From positions 43,152,001 through 43,216,000 of the forward strand of contig OX597825.1 of NCBI GenBank assembly GCA_951406725.2: 64,000 nucleotides of DNA, read 5' to 3'. The stretch is from Octopus vulgaris (lineage: Eukaryota). Below, in pieces: positions 10,524 to 22,550 of the stretch (the stretch's first letter is position 1; each line of letters opens with the position of its first letter). The position numbers and the translations under genes were made by a program. Below the pieces are notes generated by a model. The model made no database searches, was not told where the DNA came from, and worked only from the letters and a program-made list of their open reading frames with translations.

Positions 10524-12122
10524 CTAGCATTATGACCCGTCGTTGCCAGGTCATAGTGCTAGTGCATGTATATATATGTATATATATGTATACATATTAC
10601 ATGTACATCTATATATATATATATATATACATCTACACATAAAATACAAAATACAAAGTTATATCTTGATATCGTTAGTGATAACAATACTCAAAATATA
10701 TAACAGACTGGAGTTGTAGGCCCGTCTCTTGCAATTTCGATCAATTGTATCTTGTCCTTCCTCTTGTATAGAAGTGTGGCTACAATCCAGCCTACCTCTA
10801 CTTCTGGGGGGACATTTTTAATTTTTATCCGGGACGGCCTACGTCCCAGATATAAAGGTAAAAATAATATATTCCCACTTTGCAATGTTCGAGTCGAGTA
10901 CTCCCTTGCACGCTCCGTTGACTCGAACCATGATTCTATTGTGGCGAATTTACCACCTCTTGTTAGATAGCTTTCATAGTCGCCCCAAGACACTTTTCGA
11001 TGGTGCTTTCATCCAGGTGTTCAAATATTTTTTCTCTACATTGTATACTTTATAGACAATAGTCTTTTCTTTAATTTAATTTTTTATTTCGTTTGGTGGT
11101 GTTATCCTAGATTCACCGTTTTTGTCGGTGATCAACCCGAAATAGGTTTGTATTTCTTCCATTTACATTTTAATGAGTTAGCACCTGCCGACGGCTGCAG
11201 CAAAATTGATTTTTGGACTTTCTACTATCGAAGGCATTCTAACAAAAATGCTTCCGTATAAACTGTGAAAATATTGTCAAATTCTACAAACAGGGACACA
11301 ATTCAATTTTTAAACAATAACCAAAGCTCCTTCTCCCAAAGGGAGTTTACAATTTACAATTATTTAACAAAGGCAACACAACAACGTCTCCCTTACGAGG
11401 AACCAACAAACGTGATAACAATAGTTAAACAGTAATAATAATAGCAACAAACCTTACGGTGAATCAAAAAGCAGTACGCAGTTGAAGCTATAGTCCTTTA
11501 TGTATAAGAAATAAACCAACAGCAGTACTCAGTAGAAGCGGCTGTTCGAGAAAATAAACGTTACATACAGCCAAACTTCATATAGATACTTAATGCTAGC
11601 TAATTAGTAGATAATCTAATGTAAAAGCCGTGGTAAACGGTATGTGCACAGCTGGACTATTCCATTTCGGCACACTAATTTTATTTTTAATTTATTCCCA
11701 TTCATGTGAAACCACTTATTCAAGTTCAAGTCATTGATGCAATTTTATACCAATCGCTATTTTTACTTGTGTTATGTTACGATTGTATTATACTTTAGTT
11801 TGAGTTTAATTATTACTTACTACATATAATTCAATTGTTATTATTATCTCTAATTTTTACTGTAAAAGTGAAATTATCTGACATAAAAGAGAGAAATGTT
11901 TTTGTTTCACTTTTAACACGTAATACTGAAATAGTGGAGAAGATATGATATTGCTATGGGCTCGCCCTAGGCAAGAGGTTGAACATTTTTTTGCCCATGA
12001 AACTACATGTACCCTAAGTAAGGCGTGTGTAAAATTTGAATGAAATTGGTTGTGTAGTTCTCAAGTTTTAGGGAAACACACACACAGACAGACATACATT
12101 CTCAGTTTTATATAGAGAGAGA
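10524..12122 (-). mobile_element. Non-autonomous Helitron with captured internal sequence
   Basis: Minus-strand 5' end A|TCTCTCTCTATATAAAACTGAGAATG at 12122; 3' hairpin ctagcattatgacc...ggtcatagtgctag (10524-10562) ending CTAG|T. Confidence 0.8.
10700..11240 (-). pseudogene. Fragment resembling the N-terminus/RRM of an L1/Tx1-type LINE ORF1
   Basis: MPSIVESPKINFAAAVG at the start, then MEEIQTYFG...; LPLYLGRRPSRIKIKNVPPEV; stops and a frameshift present. Confidence 0.5.
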
Positions 12123-12200
12123 TTATAAGATTGTAAATAAAACGTGAAAATCAGACAAAATTGGAATTTGTTTGAGTAATACACACACACACACACACAT

Positions 12201-12246
<46 letters not shown>

Positions 12247-12760
12247 GTGAGGGTTCAGTGAAATAAAGCTTAAGCATGTTCCATAGACACCAATGTCTCT
12301 TGAGCCTCGCTGGTGGTTTGCAAACCTTTTGGAACAAGTTGTGGACTCAGTTTGTTTGAGTGTTTTTAGATAATTTTCTATAATAATATATTCATATAGT
12401 TCCACGGTGGACTACAATACATATCTATATATTAATATTGTGTTTATAACATATACATGAATATACATGTCACTATTTGCGACATTAGTGCCTGGACAAA
12501 GGTTAAAATTCTATACGTCGTCGACAGGATGATCCAGCCGATATATTAGTACAGGACGCCTGCCACTGAGTAGCCCAGGCAGTGCGAAATACCGGAATCT
12601 GGCAGTTCTGGTGCCCGTAGCAGACGTTTATCTTTCGTCACCGATATGAATACGAGTGCCTTTATGTAGCAGGAGTTTATATGAGATCTCCTCTCAAAGT
12701 AAATAATGCAGTACTCTGCTCTCTAACACGACATTCAAGTTAAATTGGATATAATGATTG

Positions 12761-12791
<31 letters not shown>

Positions 12792-12797
<6 letters not shown>

Positions 12798-12908
12798 ATC
12801 ACGTAACTGACCAGGCTACAGATGTTGCTACACATCGCTGGTCACAATGCGCTTCGCATTGTTTTAGCCTTCAAATGACGCCACCCCGCTGGCTAAGTGA
12901 GCAGACCA
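12792..12908. mobile_element. Short interspersed repeat inserted in a (TA)n tract
   Basis: GC-richer block of about 115 bp with an internal hairpin (acaatgcg-ctt-cgcattgt), bounded on both sides by (TA)n. Confidence 0.55.
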
Positions 12909-12999
12909 ATATATATATATATATATATATTACTCCATCTGGTGAGAGAGAAAAATTATATAATAGACACATTATATGTTTTTATGCAATACTATTAGT

Positions 13000-14100
13000 T
13001 TCAAGACATTGTTTGATAACACTTCTGGTGCACGTGCACAATCATAACATTCATAACATTCAGTCCAATCAGTGTTAAATGCTTATTTAATGATTTTCCA
13101 AATTATTATTAGTGTACCATTCAGAAACATTTAGAAATAAATATTTTTTTCCAAAATTTCCTTCTATGCGAGGATCCGTTATGTGAAAGTAGGTGTTAGA
13201 ATTAGCAGAATGTATTACGCGCAATAAACACCTTAAATATAATTTAAGATGTTTTGCTCTAGGAAACCAAGTCATCTTGTACATATTACTAATATCCTTC
13301 TGATTTCCGGATTCAGAGAGCATTGTGAACTACATACAAATCATGTGTTACACTCGATGCATTTGGGATTTCGCCAAACCAGATAAATCTGCCAGGGTAT
13401 CCTTGTTGAAAAGCAGATTTCGCCAGGCTACGACAACTGACCATTCGCTAGTTTACTTTTATATTGATGATAAGATGTATTTCATAGAACAATATAATAT
13501 TACTACTGTCAAGTACGTTTTCTCCTTTGACAGAAGGTTTAGGCCTCTTTGCTTTGACGAAAATAGTGAAAGCTGTAGTAGGTGATAAGGTTTCTCATCC
13601 AGTTTGTACACCCAGAAAATATACATATGAAATCTCTACATTTGGCATCAAATTTACAATTTCCACGTTGGAAGTCCATGTTCTAGCATGCCAAGTTTAG
13701 ATTGATGCAAGACTTCGGTTTATTTTACATGTGTTGCTTGGCTAAAACCATGCAGAATTTTCAAAATATCATCCTTAGAATAAATTAGTGGAGCGTATAT
13801 GCCAGCGAAGAAAACTTTGTGAATACACATATTATTGTACGTCCTAGTCAATATTAGTCTCGGTAACATCTACAACCCAGTGAGAGTATGTTTAGGAAGC
13901 TTTTAATCACGTTATCCAATTGGAAATCTGGACAATCACTTGTTGTCGTTACCATCGTCGAAATATTTAAATCACCACAAATTTATCCAGACACCCATGT
14001 CTTTTAAGCAGGGTTCATAAATCTTCTCTTATAAACAAAAAATGGTGATGAATAAGATAAATATTGAGCTGCGCTTTCCTATAGACGATTTCTGAAATTG
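13000..14100 (-). pseudogene. Highly decayed DNA-transposase-like relic (possibly hAT)
   Basis: Minus-strand fragments HDLYVVHNAL (compare CxLHxxHNA) followed by MYKMTWFPRAKH; many stops. Confidence 0.3.
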
Positions 14101-14370
14101 TCGTAAGATGAAAAAATTATACCGTCATGCATAGGCTTCCAGGGCGAATTCACTCAACTATACTGTGCAATCACTCGATCAGTGATTTTGCTAGTGTATA
14201 CCTCTGAGGGAACAGGAATTCCTCTCTAAAATCATCAAGCCTCTCAGTCACGTTTCCTCATGTAAGTAGTCTATCTGTGCATTCTTGAGTTATTTTGGGA
14301 GGTTTCCACATTTCCAATATCCTCAGAAGAATATAAATTGAAGTTTACCGAGTAATTCGATACATTTTTA

Positions 14371-14669
14371 CAGGGTGCGTAAGATATTTGAGGACATATT
14401 TATGTTTATAAACAAAAAAAAAAAAAGAACTGATACATATTAACAGATAAACATTATTTATCAAAAAATGCAATGAGAGTAAATATAAACCTTTTCTATA
14501 CTGTTGTTCAATATAGCCACCTCAGCTTCAACAACTGATTCTATATGAGAACTAAATCATCTACATGTTCGAATTAAGTGGTCCTGGTTAATCTTGGACA
14601 TTATTCTGACTATGACAGCTTTCAAAGAATAGTTGGTGTTATGAGCGTATTCATTGACCTCTCTCTCTC

Positions 14670-14716
<47 letters not shown>

Positions 14717-15670
14717 AACGCTCCACGTGTAATAGTCCAAGGATTAAGATCTGGGGAATTAGGAGGCCAAATGTTAGCGGATTATGTGCTCACAAACATT
14801 TTCAGTCATCTATTCCTGTGTTACTAGAGCCATGTGAGATAGTGCAGAGTCTAACTGAAACACATGACCTTCCATTGCATACAATGTCTATCCAGAGCTT
14901 AACAATTATTTCCAGGACCTCAGTGTAGACGGCAGAGTTAAGTCTAAGGCATTGTGGAAAGGAATAAAGAGGCATCACATGCCCTTCATTGCTGACAACT
15001 CCTAAAAGCATAACAGTTTCAGGAAATTTTGTATGCATAACACTTGGAACTTCAGAAGGTTCTGCATATAACCATCTGTCATTTCTTCTGTTAACATTTT
15101 ATCTTGGTTAAAGTTTTTCTCGTTGGATAAAAATCAAATCAAATCTTCTACTGCTGGATTTTTCAGTTTGTTTAAGGGCCTTTTAAATCTGATGTAGTGA
15201 TTTTCGTTTGCTTTCTCTGATAAATTGACATTTCGGCATCATATAAGACTTATATCTGATGTCTTGTGGACAACATTTCTGATATATGAACATCTTTTGC
15301 AATTGACTTCATTGACCTTCTGGGATTGTAATCAATGGTATGTTGAACTTGTTGGATAAATTCAGATTTTCTGATGATTTAAGAGCGTTTAGATTGCTCT
15401 TCATGCTTTGATACTGGTGATACGTTTCCATTTTCAGTCTCTATCCCGTTACAAACTTTGTAGACGAAAGATGTGGCAACTTTTAAAAATCGAGATATCT
15501 TAAAATCGCTATGCACAGCCTTTATAACTACAATAGGAGCATGGCTTTTCATTTCTTGAGTAAGCTGAGGGCCTATAATTATTATTTTCGAAAACAAAGA
15601 TTATACAGAGTTAGCAAAAATGTAGCCATGACCCCAAAAACGTATGTCCTTAAATACCTTATACACTCTG
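14371..15670 (-). mobile_element. Tc1/mariner-superfamily transposon (maT/DD37D-like), full length 1.3 kb, transposase disrupted, with a (CT)n insertion
   Basis: TIRs CAGGGTGCGTAAGATATTTGAGGACATA / CAGAGTGTATAAGGTATTTAAGGACATA with TA on both sides; motifs TKFPETVMLLGVVSNEG and WPPNSPDLNP. Confidence 0.92.
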
Positions 15671-16356
15671 TATTTCTATGAGGATGCTGTGAAGGAAGGA
15701 GATATTCTAAATTTCGTTTCCTGGATGGAGTTATCAGTGACTTTGTAGTTGGTGACACGTCTAAAGTGGTATCTTCCTGAAGATGTAAGGCACATTTTAC
15801 TGTCACATGAGAAATTAGATGCTACTCTTATAGGTGTAGAGATGTGACCCATCCTTATTCCTCATTGGTAGGTTACCACATATCGGTAAACCGTATAACT
15901 GTCTTAATCTGTATTTGAGAGCCTTCGCATGATGAGAATAATCAAGGGCCTACATTTCGTCTGTTTTGTCTTTGACCCGCCGCATTTCCTTTTCTGGCAA
16001 GGATATTTATGATTGCATAAAAGAAAGCAGGTGCAGTGTCAAATAGTGAAATCTCACGTAGCACTTTTAAATAGTTGGTGATATTTACTGTAAGTAAACA
16101 TTACATTTCACGGTTTTTTAACCTTTAAAGTTTAACTTTCAGTCTTTTCGGCAAAGTTCTGTTGGTTTTAATTGTACGCTCCTCACATAATTTGTCTTGC
16201 AAACGAATTACATCTGAAACATTTGTTGATGTAAAATAGATATGCAGAATCAGTTTCAATTATTTGTTGGACTTTCATCAGTGACAAAGAAACCTCCTTA
16301 AATGTCTTGTGAGAAAAACACAAGTACACTATTTATCTCCACGATAGCACGCTTAC

Positions 16357-17330
16357 TTATGAAATTCCAACACTAGTCCTGCTGATCATCCAAATTGCAC
16401 GTACCACATACAGTTTGTCACATTGCTTGCGGCATTGACTTCTATTACTGCAGTGTAAGTGAACATTGCATTTCAAGGTTTTGGAACTCTTAAATTTTGC
16501 CCTCAGCAAGGCTCCGCAGCGCAGCGGAGGTCGACGCGGACTATCTCCGCGCACTCTGCCTTATCATAGTTGTCAGAGACCCCTTGGGTGCAGTGGTCAC
16601 CGAGAACGTGGTTGTTATCCCGCCGCCAACCCGCAAGCTTCCAGTCGGCGGCGGATACGATATCGACCAGGAGCACGGGGTGCTGCCGTCAGCAGACGCG
16701 AGGGCGGGAGCAGGAGACACAAGCACGTCCACGCGGACGAGGATGAGCATGGGCACACGGGCACCATCACGAGCCGAGCACGAGAACTGCCACCTTCATT
16801 GTCGCCTCCTCCGTAGGCCGCCGGACGACTGCGGCTAAGCTTCGATAAAGTGCCGATCGTGGCGGAGAACAACGGCGACGGGGACGAGCAGGGTGAAGAC
16901 GGGGAGAAAAGAAATGAAGGTGCACTCCCCGTCGTCGAGAATGTGACAAGCAGCAATCTAAACACCAGCACGATCACTGCCATGACAGCGACGAATGGAC
17001 ACGGAAACTTGCTCCGTCACAAGCACGACGCCCGGCACAAAGCGTGTAAACACGCGGACGCGTACACGTCCGGACGCGCACACATCCGGACGCGCATGCT
17101 AACGGCTGTGAGTCTTCGATACGCAACAATGCTTTGCTTGTTTGCTTGCTTGCTTACATACATCTGTATGTCCGAGTTACTCCCACCGTTTACACGTATC
17201 TCGTTCCACTCGTTCGTTCTACCGTCGAGACAAATCAATTGACGCACACACATTCAAGCTCGAAACTGCATCTAGGTACATAGGCCAACAGATGCCATCT
17301 CTTCGGCTGCGCATGACACCTGCTGTAAAG
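16357..17330 (-). promoter_or_regulatory. CpG-rich unique island; candidate promoter plus non-coding first exon transcribed leftwards
   Basis: Abrupt GC/CpG enrichment with no TE similarity; minus-strand donor TAA|GTAAGC at 16356; all three frames have stops within about 35 nt of the donor; E-boxes CAGATG/CACCTG near 17290-17320. Confidence 0.5.
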
Positions 17331-17997
17331 CCACTTTTTAAGACGTTGCTATAACTTTTTCCCAAAAGACATAAAGTTAGGCCTTATGTGTTGATTCGAT
17401 AATCAGGTAGTGAACCAGAATTTTTCGTTTTTATACTGCTCACGCTTGGGCAATCTGTTTCTCATCGATGTCCATGTAACATAGCGTATCGATTTGCTTT
17501 ATCAACCATAATAACTCTGCATTTGAGCCTTGATTTATTTCATTTGATTTATTTCATTTTTGCAGTTTTCCAACCACCGAAATAGGGAAACCACTGGATC
17601 ACACAACTACATTTTCCAACTATTCCTTATACCTAGACAATATACATTATTGAAAAACTTCCATTTCGAGTGTCTTAATGCAGCTAATATTCAAACGTTG
17701 ATTAGTTATTATATGTACCTGCCTTTGGTGAAATTTGAATACTCTCCTCGGTTATATATCATATCACATCAGAAAATTAATGACAAAGTAGGAATGATTG
17801 TGATAATTCTTTGCTGTATTGATTAATCTTGCGTAAATAGACCATCATTAATTAATATAGTGCATTAATTTTAGCAAAGTGGCCTGAGGAGGAGGATAAA
17901 CCGTATTTCTGAGAATTAAACGAGATATGTAACGACAGCTTGAAGTTGATACTGAGGTGTGAAACTAATGGTTTATTCATAGATGTGTGCATATGTC

Positions 17998-18044
<47 letters not shown>

Positions 18045-18621
18045 CTATCCATTCATGCATGCATAGATACGTACATGCATACAAACATATCAGCATGAAG
18101 AATGGAGTCAGCAATTCGTTTTATCATGTAATTCTACAATTGTTTCATCGATATTTATCGGACGACTATTGCTATAATAATATTATTTAAGATATCTTAC
18201 AATATATTGCATCGGCGTTGTTTCAACAACTTTATATAGGGATTTTTGCATAAAAACAACGTTTCAATATAATTTCCGCATTAGTATAATAACACCGATG
18301 CGTTGTTCCACATATTACATAATATTACAGTAATACACCTCTGATAAAATTTCAAAGAAACAATTGTATAATTATGTAAAGGAACGAACTGCTCACACAA
18401 TTCTTATTGCTAACATTTCTATAAATTCTACAGTTGTTTATGGTTTGTCTTGATATATCTTCAGTAAGACTGTCCATTTGCATTCAGTAATTCTATATGT
18501 CCATCCCTACTAATGGACGACTTCCAGAAGGAAATGTCAAGGTTGAATCCCGAATAGTATTGATACATACATAAGTACATACACACATGCGTACACACAC
18601 GCACACACACATATGAATATA

Positions 18622-19022
18622 GGCGCAGGCGTGGCTGTGTGGTAAGAAGGCGGCGAGCTGGCAGAAACCTTAGCGCGCCGAGCGAAATGCTTAGCAGTAT
18701 TTCATCAGCCGCTACGTTCTGAGTTAAAATTCAGCTGAGGTCGACTTTACCGTTCATCCTTTCGGGGTCGACAAATTAAGTACCAGTTGCACACTGGGGT
18801 CGATGTCATCGACTTAATCCCTTTCTCTGTCCTTGTTTGCCTCCTCTATGTTTAACCCCTTGTGGGCAATTAAGAAATAAGAAGCTTGCTTCTCAGTCAC
18901 ATGGATCTGGGTTCAGACCCATTGCGTGGCATCTTGGACAAATGACTTCTACTTTCGCTTTGGGCCGACGACCAAAGCCCTGTGAGTAGATGTGGTAGAC
19001 AGAAACTGAAAGAAGTCGGTCG
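18622..19022 (+). mobile_element. tRNA-derived SINE (ggcgcaggcgtggctgtgtggtaagaagcttgc family) interrupted by a second SINE
   Basis: Head at 18622-18649 resumes at 18885; homologous to 26432-26835. Confidence 0.85.
18650..18877 (+). mobile_element. Nested SINE with a central ttcatcctttcggggtcga..agtaccag domain; 7-bp TSD
   Basis: TAAGAAG at 18643-18649 and 18878-18884; homologous to 28421-28630. Confidence 0.88.
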
Positions 19023-19066
19023 TATATATATATAAATGACTGAAACAAGTAAAAGAATAGAATAAT

Positions 19067-19103
<37 letters not shown>

Positions 19104-19231
19104 TGATATAATAGTATATGTATATATATATATTCATACATACACACACAAACGCAGACACATATATGAATATATATATAGACATATATACACACACACG
19201 TACATGTGTGTGTGAGTTTGTGTGTGTGTGT

Positions 19232-19630
19232 ATTCTTGTTTCAGTCATTTGATTGCGGTATTGTTGAAACATCTTGAATTTTTTAGTCGATTGAATCAAC
19301 CCCAGTACTTATTTTCTAAGACTTATTTTATCGCTCTTTTTGCCGAACCGCTACGGTACGGAGACGTAAATACACCAACAGTGGTTTTGAAGCGTTGATG
19401 GAGAAAAACAGAAGCACAAACACACACATACACGGACTCAGGCACACAGACACACACATATACATATACACAACAGGTTTCTTTCAGCTCTGTCAACCAA
19501 ACACACAAGACCTTGGTAGGTCCGAGGATATAGTAGAAGAAACTTGCCCAAGAAGCCACACAGTGGGACTGAAACCGAAACTATGTGGTTGGAAAGACAG
19601 CTCCTTACCACACAGCCACGCCTGTGCCTA
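19232..19630 (-). mobile_element. tRNA-derived SINE, same family as 26432-26835
   Basis: Ends in ttaccacacagccacgcctgtgcc; the body matches the other copies. Confidence 0.88.
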
Positions 19631-19764
19631 TGAAATTGGTATGTGCTAATTCACAAAACTCTCAGACCTTGATTCACTCTCTTCTGCTAAATATTAACGA
19701 AAATATTAAAATAAACATATACTCATATTTTGAGTTATATTTCTCCTGTTTGCATCAACATAGC

Positions 19765-19803
<39 letters not shown>

Positions 19804-19805
19804 AT

Positions 19806-20811
19806 AGTAGAAATATGTTACAAAAAGAAAATATAAAATACACGTGGAAATGTAAGGTTAAACTATGAAAAATCAACGAAAATGCACATTGTAAATAAAA
19901 AAAGGCTTTTTATGACAGGTAACGACAAATATATTAATACCTATTAGCCGGTGTTTTCAAAACGATGAATAGCATTGCGGAAACCATGGTACGCTCTGTT
20001 TCCTGACTTTATAATCATCTCATAATAATGACTTTTATGACTTTTATTACTACCTCAGTCAATCTAAATGTATATATTTGTCGTTACCTGTCATTAAAAG
20101 CCTTTTTTTATTTACAATGTGCATTTTCGTTAATTTTTCATATATTACTTCTCTCTCTATATATATATTTTTTTTTTTCTCTCTATCACCCTCACCCTCA
20201 TTCCTTCTACCTAACACTCCTTTACTCTTTAAACTCTCATCTCTTTACATTCTCATATCTTTCTCTCTCTATCACCCTCACCTCCACATTCCTTCTATCA
20301 ATTTATCCTGACTGACCACTAACGAGTACACTTTCCCTCTCTTCATTTCTATATTATCTCTCTCCCCGCCTTTCTTTTTTTCTGTTTTCCTTTCTTTTTT
20401 CTTCTCTTCTTGTATTTAATGTAACATTTCAAATACATTACCAACTTTTAAGTTACTTCAAAAAAAAAAAAACCCTTGATTCAATAACACCGTTTACAAA
20501 CTCTATGCTTGGATTGGAATGACCAATTTTAAATACTATTGGAACTTACTCACAAGGTACAAGTATTTTATATGTATACCATTCTGCCTAAATAATGGAA
20601 CTGAAGATACAATATCCCTGCATATCTCACATCTATTTTCATTCCTCCACTCCACTCTCTATTTCATATCTTATCTAGAATAACTATTGCTTAAACATTT
20701 TCTCACACCGTCTCAGATGATGGGATATATAAAATATCCCGGAAACAGCTGTAAGACCTTCTATTTATAAATGTTCTGAAATCTTTATACCCTTGGATTT
20801 TTATCGCATTC

Positions 20812-20815
<4 letters not shown>
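19806..20815 (+). mobile_element. Non-coding PLE-type remnant with inverted arms (about 19864-19934 / 20072-20142) and a 3' hammerhead
   Basis: Inverted repeat of about 70 bp read directly; hammerhead at 20710; (TA)n/(TG)n flanks. Confidence 0.6.
20710..20757 (+). ncRNA. Type-I hammerhead motif with U4->A substitution (probably inactive)
   Basis: GUCU CAGAUGA U GGGAUAU auaaa AUAUCCC G GAAA CAGCUG UA / AGAC. Confidence 0.75.
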
Positions 20816-20868
<53 letters not shown>

Positions 20869-20973
20869 GATAAAGGGTAAAATTAATTAATTAATTAATT
20901 AATAATTAATAATTATATCAAGTAGTTCGGCATGTTAAAACAACCATTAACAGTTAACTTAAACAATTCTTTC

Positions 20974-21127
20974 TAATTATGAGTATAATTATTAGGGTTC
21001 AGCAAAAAATTTGCTTCAACACATACCTAAATTTAGAAATAGCAGCCAAAACTAGCTATTTCTAAATTTAGGTATGTGTTGAAGCAAATATTTTGCTGAA
21101 CCCTAATTATAATTATACTCATAATTA
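20974..21127. repeat. Near-perfect long inverted repeat (arms about 70 bp, 11-nt loop) between (TA)n tracts
   Basis: taattatgagtataattattagggttcagc...ttagaaatagc / gctatttctaa...gctgaaccctaattataattatactcataatta. Confidence 0.93.
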
Positions 21128-21169
21128 TAAAAATTATATATATATATATATACGTTTATATATTCGTTT

Positions 21170-21925
21170 TGTAAGATTCTTGATGCAAATCAGTAAATGA
21201 GCATTGGAGGGAACTTAAGGAAGAAAAAGCTCATCGGTTCTGTACCAGCAAGCCGAGCAGGATCATGGGGGCTCACTCAACAGCATAGAAGTTAAAATAT
21301 TGTCCACACATAGAACAGACGCAATGCTTAGACAAATTACGGAAGATACACACAAAATGGAAAGTAAACTTAGCCTGGATAGAAAACTAGAATGGAACAC
21401 TTGCACACACATCCACTACACCATAACCCATGACAGAATAAGATCCCCATAAATTGATAATAATAGGAATATAATACAATGCACAGATAAATAAATGGAA
21501 TTAAATAACTATATACATTAAAAAAATTAAAAAATTGAATACAAAAAATAGAAAGAAAGATAAAGTAAGTAGATGTAAACAAATGAATAAAAATAAATTA
21601 AACGAACGCGTATAAAGAGGGTATACTGATAATGCAGGCACATAACCTCCCCCCCCACACACACACACACTTATTAAACATAGACATGCACAGGGATATA
21701 CGCATACAATAGGAATGCAAAATGGCAGATCATTAGTAAGGAGAGACACACAAAAAGAAAGAAGAAAGCAAATGACCACTGATGAGGTCACTGAATTGTG
21801 ACGAAAAACTCTGGCCGAAATACAATTAATATAAAATAAAGCTGAAGCAAGTGAACACTAAACATATAGTACATGTGTTTTTATTGGCTAAACTAGCAAC
21901 ATGACCGTCCCCAAATACAACAATA
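21170..21925 (+). mobile_element. 5'-truncated PLE: GIY-YIG C-terminus plus 3' UTR/pLTR
   Basis: VNEHWRELKEE..SSVLYQQAEQDHGGSLNSIEVKILSTHRTDAMLRQITE, homologous to the endonuclease tail at 52075-52280. Confidence 0.8.
21774..21816 (+). ncRNA. Minimal type-I hammerhead ribozyme motif
   Basis: GACCA CUGAUGA G GUCAC ugaauu GUGAC GAAA AAC UC / UGGCC; stem II identical to the 3743 copy with a different loop. Confidence 0.75.
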
Positions 21926-21944
21926 TATATAATATACATGCATA

Positions 21945-22550
21945 CATAGGGGAATTCCAATGGGTGGCAATTGTAGCTCCCTATTGGCGGACCTTTATCT
22001 TTCTTCATGCGAGTTCCTTTTTCTTAAAGACTTATGTACTAGGAAAAAGATATGTTTGCTTAAACAACTTGATGGATGCTGCAGATACATACACGATATA
22101 TTTATACCTAATTATGGTTTCTTTGAATTTTTATTCAGAAAAATATACCCCGGTGAGCCACCAGAAATGGTAATAATATTAAAAATTTTAATTATTTAGA
22201 TGCCAATTGAGTAATTAAGGATAACAATGTAATATGTACTAATAATTAAAATAAAACAGAAAATTTTGATTTCCAGTTGGCTTCAATGCCATGGTTCAGT
22301 AGTAAAATTCCTTCTTTTATTGGTTATGGTCTTTTTGCAGGGCAAATCGTTAGATATATCACTATTATTAATAATGCTGGTAAATTTTTGGAAAGAATAA
22401 GCTAAGACATTTAGTAAAACAAGGTTATAAACTTGATAAATTGTTTAAAGCTTTTAATCGCTGCTTAGGTGCGTAACTTAAAATTTTAAATAAATATGGG
22501 GTAATATCTAGTCTTTAGCTTAGCAAATATTCGTAAGGATTTGAAGGTTT
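21945..22550 (+). pseudogene. PLE reverse-transcriptase fragment, very decayed; AT-rich tail to about 23490
   Basis: GIPMGGNCSSLLADLYLSSCEF...CRYIHDIF (compare GxPMG and RYIDD). Confidence 0.75.

Noticed and set aside
10691-10993. Possible Fanzor/TnpB cargo in the Helitron
   Set aside because: No RuvC catalytic motifs or zinc ribbon are visible; the translation fits LINE ORF1 better.
12562-12597. CTGAGTA-GCCCAGGCAGTGC-GAAA motif
   Set aside because: The core is mutated and neither stem III nor a cleavage triplet fits.
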